Source: an uncultured Anaerolineales bacterium
GTDB lineage: Bacteria; Chloroflexota; Anaerolineae; Anaerolineales; UBA11858
Direction: 5' to 3'
NCBI GenBank assembly: GCA_964582965.1
Contig: CAZOUN010000005.1
Span: 1,376-65,375 of the forward strand
Length of the DNA: 64,000 bases
The position numbers and the translations under genes are program-made. This document shows, piece after piece, positions 35,446 to 43,571 of the stretch (position 1 is its first letter; every line of letters starts with the position of its first letter). The notes under the pieces were generated by a model. The model was not told the origin of the DNA, made no database searches, and saw only the letters and a program-made list of their open reading frames with translations.

Positions 35446-36807
35446 CTAGGCAGACACTGATTCTTCACCTTGCTCTCTGGCTTTCTTTTCATTGACTCCC
35501 AGAAGCAAACCCGTACCCACAATCAGGAACAGGATAACGGGTAGGATCGCCACTCGCTGCCCGAGCTGTTCTGCAAATGGGGCTCCTCCTTCCAGCAGTT
35601 TAAACCACAGGAATGAAGCCCCATCACCCTGAGCTTCAAAGAATATTGCTGCTTCTGCAGCTACAAATCCATAGATCGTGGGCCCAATAAAGGAAGATGT
35701 CCTGCCTGCAACCGCAAAAAATCCGAAAAATTCTGCGCTGCGCCCGGGAGGCGCCAGGGCGCCTACCATGGCTCGGCTGACAGCCTGAACTGATGACAAG
35801 GCTAGCCCGGCGATTCCGCCAATCACATAAAATCCAGCCACAGATTCAACAACAAATAAACCCACAACAGAACCGATCATCATCACTAAAAATATGATCA
35901 GGGCGGCCTTTCCGCTTCTCTTATCCGCGATCCAGCCTGAAATATAGGCCCCGATTACGCTGGTGAACTGGATCAGGATCATAAACAGGATGATCTGCTG
36001 TTGATCAAGTCCGAACATCACTGCCCCGAATATTGCGGCGAAGTTGATCGCCATCAGTATCCCATCGTTATAGATCAGGAAGGCGATGATATATTTTACA
36101 AATTCCCGGTGGTACTTTACGCTCTGAAAGGACTTTCGAAGCCTATGGATTGCGACTGAGAAGATATTCTCTCCTGTCAACAACTTCCTATTCTCACTTT
36201 TTTCACGGAACCAGATGAATAATGGCGCTGCGAAAACAGCAAAATAGACAGCTGTTATTACCAGGGAGAAACGCACGATCCAGGTGCCCTCGTATACTGT
36301 CACCAGAGCCAGAACTATCAGCAAACAGACTATTCCACCCATCAGTCCAATTGCCCAACCATTACCAGACACTCGTCCTATTTCCTCTTGATCAGCCACT
36401 TCTGGAAGCAAGGAATTATAAAACACCTGTCCACCTCGGTAGCCAATTTCTGCCAGGATAAATAGCACCATCCCCAGCAATATATCTCCTTTCTGCACAA
36501 AATATAAGAGGGCCGTCGAGGTCACAGACAAGATCGTAAAATATGTCAGTAAGCGTTTCTTTTGTCCAGTATGATCTGCGATCACTCCCAGGACAGGTGA
36601 GATCAAGGCGACAACCAACATGGCGATGCCTACTGAGATTCCCCACAACCGTGAGCCCTCAGCACCACCAACAACATGTCCCTTAAAGTAAGCCGCGTAG
36701 ATTGCCAGGATCACTACCGCCGCATAAGCCGAGTTCCCCACATCGTATAGATACCAAAGCCAGCGCTTGCGAGACTGAGTTAATTCTTGACCGGAGGAAC
36801 TAGACAT
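35446..36807 (-). CDS. MFS transporter (UMF1/Atg22-like subfamily)
   Basis: Twelve TM helices. The N-terminal RKRWLWYLYDVGNSAY block is typical of UMF1-type MFS proteins. Confidence 0.8.
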   Translation of the reverse strand: MSSSSGQELTQSRKRWLWYLYDVGNSAYAAVVILAIYAAYFKGHVVGGAEGSRLWGISVGIAMLVVALISPVLGVIADHTGQKKRLLTYFTILSVTSTALLYFVQKGDILLGMVLFILAEIGYRGGQVFYNSLLPEVADQEEIGRVSGNGWAIGLMGGIVCLLIVLALVTVYEGTWIVRFSLVITAVYFAVFAAPLFIWFREKSENRKLLTGENIFSVAIHRLRKSFQSVKYHREFVKYIIAFLIYNDGILMAINFAAIFGAVMFGLDQQQIILFMILIQFTSVIGAYISGWIADKRSGKAALIIFLVMMIGSVVGLFVVESVAGFYVIGGIAGLALSSVQAVSRAMVGALAPPGRSAEFFGFFAVAGRTSSFIGPTIYGFVAAEAAIFFEAQGDGASFLWFKLLEGGAPFAEQLGQRVAILPVILFLIVGTGLLLGVNEKKAREQGEESVSA

Positions 36808-36939
36808 TTGGATCTCCTTGAAAAGTGATAATTATTTTATATCAAGAATTAACCCCCCTGCTTATTTGCGGATACGGTACGACCACCCGTTACAATGATG
36901 GACGAACCCGCTCTAAGGGACTTAGTCCATCGTTTAAAT

Positions 36940-36975
36940 AAAAAGGGCGACTCAACGAGTCGCCCATACATGAAT
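36940..36975 (-). terminator. Intrinsic terminator after the fumarate hydratase alpha gene
   Basis: gggcgact-caacg-agtcgccc stem, followed on the minus strand by tttttatttaaa. Confidence 0.7.
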
Positions 36976-37032
36976 ATGTTAGTACAGATAAAGGTCAGGT
37001 ATCTGATCAGAATCTAAACCAATTATCTTTTC

Positions 37033-37908
37033 TTATTGATAAGTGGTGCCCCCGTTATCAAAAATCATTTTCCTGCGCCTGTAAGCCCAGCACATGTACG
37101 ATATCGATACAAAATAACTTGCCGGGAGCCGGTGCAGGTTCTTAATCTTGGTGCCTAACACAGTGGTCTTACCGTGGAACCCCATCGGACCGATGTCCAG
37201 CTGGTTAGCCTGGTCTGTGATTTTCTCTTCCATTTCAGCAAGGGCAGGATCCGTATTGGTATCATCCAACTGCCTCTTGAGAACTTCCTTGGAGGCAACA
37301 TAGGATGAACCGCGATCACCACCGATAGCTATACCCAATGTTCCGGGAGCGCAGCCTTTCCCCTGCGCTTTTGCCACCGCATCCAGGCTGACTCTTCGCA
37401 CACCATCCAGATCCCTACCAGCAGCAAGGGAAGAATCTGGAAGTTTATATTGCGTGCTGACATTTTCGCAACCCCCACCCTTTAGGATGAGATCGATCTC
37501 TAGCAGTTCGCCTTCTATTTCCTCAAAGTGGATCGAAGGGTAATATTCATCACCGCTATTATCTCCTGTATTTTTTCCTGTCAGGGTATTGACAGAATTG
37601 GGTCTCAGGTAAGATTTCTTTGTGGCGACGATCACTGCTTCTTGGATCTGCCGGGTTATTTTCCTGGTACTCCAACCTTCTGGATAACTTACATAGAACA
37701 AAGGGGTTCCCGTGTCCTGGCAGATAGGAGTAGAATTTTCCCGAGCCATTTTAACATTTTCCAGGATCGTATCCAGAGCGCCTTGAGCGGCCGAGCCATC
37801 TTCTTCCCGCTCCCGTGATTCGCGGAGGTTTTTTTCTACATCCGGCGGCAGATCTGTAGCTGTTAAACGCACCAATTCCAGGATCTGTTCAGTTATATCT
37901 GGCTGCAT
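37033..37908 (-). CDS. Class I (Fe-S) fumarate hydratase / tartrate dehydratase alpha subunit
   Basis: PICQDTGTP and GGGCEN blocks of the Fe-S hydro-lyase alpha domain. ATG 37908 follows a GGGAGG SD; a TTG at 37929 gives the ORF maximum. Confidence 0.85.
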   Translation of the reverse strand: MQPDITEQILELVRLTATDLPPDVEKNLRESREREEDGSAAQGALDTILENVKMARENSTPICQDTGTPLFYVSYPEGWSTRKITRQIQEAVIVATKKSYLRPNSVNTLTGKNTGDNSGDEYYPSIHFEEIEGELLEIDLILKGGGCENVSTQYKLPDSSLAAGRDLDGVRRVSLDAVAKAQGKGCAPGTLGIAIGGDRGSSYVASKEVLKRQLDDTNTDPALAEMEEKITDQANQLDIGPMGFHGKTTVLGTKIKNLHRLPASYFVSISYMCWAYRRRKMIFDNGGTTYQ

Positions 37909-38076
37909 AATACCTCCCACACCTGACAAGAATACACACTCCTATATATAGATTATGCCATTTTATCAACTAAGTACAGTATGAGAAATAATCCTCTTTG
38001 GATATCATTAGTCATGTCCTGCGGAATAAGGGCTACCCGCTTGAATAATGAAACTATGCTATACTAATTCTGAGTT

Positions 38077-38331
38077 ATGAAAACACAAGAAAATAGGGAA
38101 AAATGGATTGAATCACTGTATAAATTACGGCTCCAGAACCTCACCGCGACCTTCTTGGAAGCTCTGGGTCCAATGAATCTGCTTGGCGCCCAGCTGGTCT
38201 ATCTAAGCCAACCAGTTTTGTCCTCTTTCGTCCCTAAAGAACAATCCCAGGACTTCGCAAAGATTTTAGAAGATCCATCCGAAACGGTGTTATTTATCGA
38301 GGCACTCAGAAATTACGAACCAACAACCTAG
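38077..38331 (+). CDS. Hypothetical small protein (84 aa), first gene of the 38-47 kb operon
   Basis: ORF starts about 12 nt after an extended -10 element (TGcTATACT, 38057-38065) with no SD, so the mRNA may be near-leaderless. One hydrophobic segment (LLGAQLVYLSQPVL). Its stop abuts the next gene. Confidence 0.45.
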   Translation: MKTQENREKWIESLYKLRLQNLTATFLEALGPMNLLGAQLVYLSQPVLSSFVPKEQSQDFAKILEDPSETVLFIEALRNYEPTT

Positions 38332-38346
38332 TTGGAGGAATTATCT

Positions 38347-39129
38347 GTGTCTGCTACTGGCTTCACGGGAATAGTGGTTATTGTACTTTTTGTTGGTTTG
38401 ATGGTCTTTTTTTCGTTCATTAATAAAGACCGGAAAATCCATAATATTCGCCCAATACCCGCCTATGACAAAATCATCCAGGAGATCAATGTTGCCGTCG
38501 AAGATGGTACTCAGCTGCATATCTCCCTGGGCAGAGGGGGTATTACAGGTCCCGAATCAGCTGCCGCACTGGCCGGATTGGGAATCCTAAAACAGATCAT
38601 TGAAAAATCATCGGTTTGCGATCTTCCCCCAGTTGCCTCCACTGGCAGTCCGGTAATCTCTATTCTGGCGCAGGACACGATCAAAGGAAGTTCAAAAGCC
38701 CTCAGCGCATCTGATCACATCAGAAATCCATCAGGTGAGCTGATCGGCGTCACTCCTTTTTCTTATGCTGCTGGAACTTTAAGCACTATCCGGGACGATA
38801 ATGTCTCTGCAAACATCCATACCGGATGGTTTGGAAACGAAATCACCTGGATCACAACTGCCGGGGAACGGCAAAGCAGCCCTACTATCGCCGGAACTTC
38901 CCAGCTTGCCGCTCAAGCAGTCATCTATGCCAGCGCTTCTGACCCCCTGATCGGTGAAGAATTATTCGCTGGCGGAGCTTACCTCGGTGCAGGAAAAATG
39001 CACCAGGCCAGCATATCAGCCCAGGATGTCGTTCGCTGGATCATCGTTTTTATCATCCTGGCCAGCGTTTTTCTGAATATCTTTGGAATTGACACCTTTA
39101 TTGAAAATATCCTGGCAGGTTCAAAGTGA
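38347..39129 (+). CDS. Hypothetical bitopic membrane protein (TM, ~210-aa domain, TM)
   Basis: GTG 38347 lies 8 nt after GGAGG (38334-38338); an in-frame TTG at 38332 is the ORF maximum. N-terminal helix GIVVIVLFVGLMVFFSF and C-terminal helix WIIVFIILASVFLNIFG. Confidence 0.6.
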   Translation: MSATGFTGIVVIVLFVGLMVFFSFINKDRKIHNIRPIPAYDKIIQEINVAVEDGTQLHISLGRGGITGPESAAALAGLGILKQIIEKSSVCDLPPVASTGSPVISILAQDTIKGSSKALSASDHIRNPSGELIGVTPFSYAAGTLSTIRDDNVSANIHTGWFGNEITWITTAGERQSSPTIAGTSQLAAQAVIYASASDPLIGEELFAGGAYLGAGKMHQASISAQDVVRWIIVFIILASVFLNIFGIDTFIENILAGSK

Positions 39130-39770
39130 AGATCGATCTAAAATCTCCTATTTCAACGGCTGTTGCTATCGGAGTCGGCATAATCGTCCTGGCTGGATAT
39201 TTCATTCCATCATTTATTAATATCCGTTTCATCCTTCTGAGAACCGGTTTGGTCCTTTCAGCTGTTGCACTTCTGGTCGGCATTATTAATCTGATCACAG
39301 TCCACCTCAGAAAATTGGGGGCTGACAGCGAAAATTCCGGTTACAGCCTGATCCTTGTCATTGCTCTGCTGACAACTCTGGTTATTGGAATCATTGACAT
39401 GGTTCAGACCTATCTGGTTGGCAAACCCAACTTTCAGATGACCAGTTGGATCTTCACTAATATTCAGCTACCAATTGAAACCAGTTTGCTTGCTGTAACG
39501 GCTGTCAGCCTTACTTATGCGGCCGCCAGCATCCTGCGCAAGCGGATGGACTTATTCTCTATCATCTTCTTTTTTGTAATTTTATTAGTCCTGCTGGGGT
39601 CTTTTTCTATTCCCCCGGCTACACTTCCATTCCTTCATGTGATTCGCGATTGGATCCTGCGAGTCCCGGCCCTGGGAGGAGCCCGCGGTCTACTGCTGGG
39701 TATTGCCCTCGGCACAATTACAACAGGTATCCGGATCCTGATGGGAACAGATCGACCTTACGGTGAATAA
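39126..39770 (+). CDS. Hypothetical polytopic membrane protein (214 aa)
   Basis: GTGA start/stop overlap with the upstream gene. Five to six hydrophobic helices. Confidence 0.6.
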   Translation: MKIDLKSPISTAVAIGVGIIVLAGYFIPSFINIRFILLRTGLVLSAVALLVGIINLITVHLRKLGADSENSGYSLILVIALLTTLVIGIIDMVQTYLVGKPNFQMTSWIFTNIQLPIETSLLAVTAVSLTYAAASILRKRMDLFSIIFFFVILLVLLGSFSIPPATLPFLHVIRDWILRVPALGGARGLLLGIALGTITTGIRILMGTDRPYGE

Positions 39771-39772
39771 TC

Positions 39773-42700
39773 ATGAATGAGATCCTCTGCCCAACCTGCG
39801 GAAAACCCAATACAGATGATCATAATTTTTGTGATCATTGTGGTGCTCCCCTGTTCAGCGTGGATCCACTTCCGCCCGACAGCCCCTCCCTGAGAGATGA
39901 TCTCTTTGATGATAACGAAGATAAAACCCCAGTTCAATCCCTGTATCCACAGGATGAAGGCTCGCGGTTAGACAGTTTGTTATCAGATGAAGATCCCCTT
40001 CAAGATCCGCCCCATCTATCGGATTCCCTGGATGATTCAGCCAGGCTGGACGATCTGATTCCCGCCCCGGAACCTTCAGCTGAATTCCCAGTGGAGGATG
40101 ATATTCAACCAATTGGCGAGTCTGATGCTTCCTCCAGATTGGACGATTTCTTCACTACAGATGATCCGTTTATAAGCTCCGAAGAAGAAAAGGAACCGGA
40201 TCCTCCAGCTTTCGATCCTTTTCTTGAACCTTCTGCACGTGATGAGCTATTGGGAGAAGAAACTCCAGCAGAAAAGAACGGTGGAGCGTGGGAATACCTG
40301 ACAGAGCCATCCACTGAAAACAGCTTAACAGAAAAAAACCTACCGATTGAAAAACCTGCGGACAACCTGGATTTTCTTAGCTCGCTTGCCGATGACAACA
40401 ACCTCGCAGAGGAACGCCTTACCCAAAAGTCCAGCGAGGAGGAGGACATCCTTACTACGCCATCTGCTGAAGAAGCACCTCTTATAAAAGAAGACCCCGT
40501 ACAAGACCCTGTTGATGGATGGGATTTCTTAACCACTCCTGGAGCGGAAGAAGAACCCAAAAGACCAAAGGAATCTGACCGGGATACAGCCGGAGAACTG
40601 GAATTTTTAGCAGCACTGAATCGTGAGGATGGCGCAGCTGGAGCAGAACAACCCACAAAACCAGAACAATCCAACCAGGATACAGCTGGGGAATGGGATT
40701 CCCTGACTTCATCATCTGCTGAAGAATCACCCATTAAAAAAGAAAAACCCGTACAAGACCCTGTTGATGGCTCGAATTTATTCACCACTCCTGGATCGGA
40801 AGAAGAACCCATAATAACAGAACAAACCGACCAGGACTCAACTGGGGAATTGGACTTTTTAGCGGCCTTGGATGGAGAGGAAAATGTTTCCGGGACAGAC
40901 CACCCTGCAGGCGGTCAAGCAGGGGAATTGGATTTCTTAACACCAGATCCAGAAATTGAACCAGCGCCAATAGGTTTTCGCCCTGACCTTTATGATGAAG
41001 ATGAAGATCCTCTCCCGGAATTTGGCACTCCTGGTTTCAGTGAGGATTCCGGTTGGTTAGACATGCTCCAAGACCCGGATTCCAGGGAACCGGCCGTAGA
41101 CGCCCCGCCAGAGCCCACTAAACCTCAAACTGATTGGTTGGATAAGATCAAGAGGTTGAATAAAAGCAGCGATCTGGTAGATGAAGACTCATCCTTCCCG
41201 GATTGGCTTTCTGTGTCAGAAAAACCAGCAGAAGAAATTCCTGAGGAAGTAAAGCCAGTGGAAGATCATGAGCCAGTTTCTGATAATGAAGAGGCAGCTC
41301 CCGCCAGCGATTTGCCCGCCTGGCTCAAAATTGATGGGGATGATGAATCCCTGAACGCTTTCTTGCGAAAAAAAGACCGCACAAACGAGGAATATAAACC
41401 CTCCATTATAAGAGGTATTACTGATAAGCTCCCTCAAGAAGGTAAGGAGGATGAACCAGCCTCTGGGTTAAGCGATTCCCAACAAATCAAGTTCCCATCC
41501 TGGGCAGAAGAAAAAAAGAAAGCTGCTGAGAAAGTCTCTCAAGATCCGGAATTCTTAGCCGGGCAAGAAGAAGGATCTGACCCGATCGTTGACCCATTCC
41601 AGGTTGAGGAAGAAGAATTTTTTGACGATCTCTTCAGCGATGAGCTTCCTGGCTGGCTAACATCTGCATCTTCTGATTCTGCGTTTGAAGATTTTGAAGA
41701 GGAATTATCCCAAGGTGAATTGCCAGGTTGGGTCGAAGCCATGCGCCCCGTCGTTGAATCGAATGATGCCACTGGACTCTCCGAGGATGAAGATTATATA
41801 GAAAATTATGGACCGCTGGCCGGAATCCCCAGTGTGCTGCCAGCTGAAGCTGACGTTGCATTTGATCCTGAAAAAGCCGCCAAGAAACCACTGGATCTAT
41901 TTGCTTCAAAATCCCACCAGGATTATGTCAACGTACTAAAGAAACTCATCACGGATGAGAATAAAACAAAAACCATCCTAAAGCCCGCCCCGGTTGCTAC
42001 CCAAAGGGTTCTGCGCTGGTTGATTGCCCTCATCATGCTGGTAACAACAGCGGGAACGGTCATCTTTGGTGGAGTTATCGAGACAGACCCTCCCACCTCA
42101 GCCCAGATTGTGAACTCGGGGTACGGGGCTTTATATGAACAGATCGAAAGTCTATACGATGGCCAGTCTGTATTGATTGCTTTTGATTACCAGCCTGCCT
42201 CTGCCGGAGAGCTGCACATCGCAGCTGCTGGTGTTGTCGACCACTTGATGAAACAAGGCACTTATCTGTCTTTTATTTCAACTCAGCCCACCGGGCCTGC
42301 TCTGGCAGATCATTTCCTGGCCACAACCCAGGAAAAACATGGATACATTCATACCCAGCAATATATCAACCTGGGATATTTACCCGGTGAATCAGCCGGA
42401 TTATTAAGTTTCGTTATAGCACCGAAGAAGATCATCCCCCTTGCATTTGACGGCAGCAACGCCTGGGGATCTCCCCCTTTATTGAATGTAAACTCAATTA
42501 ATGATTTTGCTATGGTTCTGGTTATCACAGACGATCCAGAAACAGCAAAAATATGGATCGAACAAGTTGGCACGATCCTGGAAGATACTCCTTTGAATAT
42601 GGTAGTCAGCGCTCAGGCTGAGCCCTTGATCCAGCCTTATTTTCGCTCATCACCTCAACTTCTCAAAGGATATGTTTCTGGGATTATTGACAGCGTGAAT

Positions 42701-42865
42701 TATGAACAACTGCTAGACCGGCCAAATCTGGCCACTGCAGCTTGGCTTCCATTCAATTTGGGTATCATTATCACGGTTGGAACAATATTTATCGGCGGGT
42801 TGGCAAATGGCGTTTTATCTCTGTTTTCCCGCCATAGATCCAGGACTGCAGGAGATGTTAAGTGA
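39773..42865 (+). CDS. Zn-ribbon protein with a ~700-aa acidic repeat-rich linker and a C-terminal TM-domain-TM module
   Basis: N-terminus CPTCGKPNTDDHNFCDHCGAPL (a 4-Cys ribbon). A long D/E/P/S-rich region carries recurring aromatic motifs. TM at LRWLIALIMLVTTAGTVIFGG, then a ~270-aa domain, then TM at LGIIITVGTIFIGGLANGVLSLF. Confidence 0.8.
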   Translation: MNEILCPTCGKPNTDDHNFCDHCGAPLFSVDPLPPDSPSLRDDLFDDNEDKTPVQSLYPQDEGSRLDSLLSDEDPLQDPPHLSDSLDDSARLDDLIPAPEPSAEFPVEDDIQPIGESDASSRLDDFFTTDDPFISSEEEKEPDPPAFDPFLEPSARDELLGEETPAEKNGGAWEYLTEPSTENSLTEKNLPIEKPADNLDFLSSLADDNNLAEERLTQKSSEEEDILTTPSAEEAPLIKEDPVQDPVDGWDFLTTPGAEEEPKRPKESDRDTAGELEFLAALNREDGAAGAEQPTKPEQSNQDTAGEWDSLTSSSAEESPIKKEKPVQDPVDGSNLFTTPGSEEEPIITEQTDQDSTGELDFLAALDGEENVSGTDHPAGGQAGELDFLTPDPEIEPAPIGFRPDLYDEDEDPLPEFGTPGFSEDSGWLDMLQDPDSREPAVDAPPEPTKPQTDWLDKIKRLNKSSDLVDEDSSFPDWLSVSEKPAEEIPEEVKPVEDHEPVSDNEEAAPASDLPAWLKIDGDDESLNAFLRKKDRTNEEYKPSIIRGITDKLPQEGKEDEPASGLSDSQQIKFPSWAEEKKKAAEKVSQDPEFLAGQEEGSDPIVDPFQVEEEEFFDDLFSDELPGWLTSASSDSAFEDFEEELSQGELPGWVEAMRPVVESNDATGLSEDEDYIENYGPLAGIPSVLPAEADVAFDPEKAAKKPLDLFASKSHQDYVNVLKKLITDENKTKTILKPAPVATQRVLRWLIALIMLVTTAGTVIFGGVIETDPPTSAQIVNSGYGALYEQIESLYDGQSVLIAFDYQPASAGELHIAAAGVVDHLMKQGTYLSFISTQPTGPALADHFLATTQEKHGYIHTQQYINLGYLPGESAGLLSFVIAPKKIIPLAFDGSNAWGSPPLLNVNSINDFAMVLVITDDPETAKIWIEQVGTILEDTPLNMVVSAQAEPLIQPYFRSSPQLLKGYVSGIIDSVNYEQLLDRPNLATAAWLPFNLGIIITVGTIFIGGLANGVLSLFSRHRSRTAGDVK
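40464..40950 (+). repeat. In-frame tandem duplication (2 x 252 bp, i.e. 2 x 84 aa) inside the Zn-ribbon protein gene
   Basis: ctgctgaagaa...cccgtacaagaccctgttgatgg...accactcctgga.cggaagaagaaccc occurs at 40464 and again at 40716. The protein copies are SAEEAPLIKEDPVQDPVDGWDFLTTPGAEEEP... and SAEESPIKKEKPVQDPVDGSNLFTTPGSEEEP... Confidence 0.8.
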
Positions 42866-43566
42866 CCATAGCTAGTATGATGGACTTCATTGGGTTATCC
42901 CTGGGATTTTTACTGACGATCCTGATCTTTAGCTATTTATTAGGAGATAATCCGTTTTTCCGATTGGCGATCCATATTTTTATTGGTGTCTCTGCTGGAT
43001 ATGTTGCCATTGTCACAGTCAATAATGTACTGATCCCGCGTTTGATCATCCCCCTCATCCAGGGATCACGAGGTGAGCGGTTATTATCAATCTTGCTTTT
43101 CATACCCAGTGTGTTCTTGTTTTTCAAAGTAACGCCTCTCCGCAAGTTTGGGAATTGGGCAGTTGCCATTCTGGTTGGAATCGGAGCCGCGGCAGCCATC
43201 GGCGGTGCGATCACCGGCACACTCTTCCCCCAGATTCTGGGTACAATCAACAGTGTGGATCCATCGGCCTATACCATCACCACCAGCCGCTGGGACCAAG
43301 CAATTAATGGGATCATCGTTGTTCTGGGAACAGTGACAACCCTGATATATTTCCATTTCGGAACTCAAGACACGCCTGGACAATCCGATAAAAGGCTGCC
43401 AATCATCGAATATACCAGTCTGGTTGGGAAGGTCTTTTTGGCAATCACTTTTGGTGCCTTGTATGCCGGTGTATTTTTGACCTCCCTGGCCGCCCTGGTA
43501 GAGAGATTGTCTTCATTCTGGGCTTTCCTGAATACTATTGGTTTTCAATTAATCTCTTCATTTTAG
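42862..43566 (+). CDS. Hypothetical polytopic membrane protein (234 aa)
   Basis: GTGA start/stop overlap with the upstream gene. About six hydrophobic helices. Confidence 0.65.
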   Translation: MTIASMMDFIGLSLGFLLTILIFSYLLGDNPFFRLAIHIFIGVSAGYVAIVTVNNVLIPRLIIPLIQGSRGERLLSILLFIPSVFLFFKVTPLRKFGNWAVAILVGIGAAAAIGGAITGTLFPQILGTINSVDPSAYTITTSRWDQAINGIIVVLGTVTTLIYFHFGTQDTPGQSDKRLPIIEYTSLVGKVFLAITFGALYAGVFLTSLAALVERLSSFWAFLNTIGFQLISSF

Positions 43567-43571
43567 GTATC

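Noticed and set aside
36808-36940. Minus-strand gggtggtcgtaccg, resembling the T-box core, upstream of the UMF1-type MFS gene.
   Set aside because: The motif is interrupted, the region is only about 130 nt with no stem I features, and the downstream gene is not an aminoacyl-tRNA-related gene. A 7-bp hairpin (gatggac/gtccatc) is present but unremarkable.
40105-40812. 235-aa Ser-rich ORF antisense to the Zn-ribbon protein gene.
   Set aside because: It is the mirror image of GAA/GAT/GAG-rich acidic coding sequence. It is low complexity, has no start context, and lies fully inside a stronger CDS.
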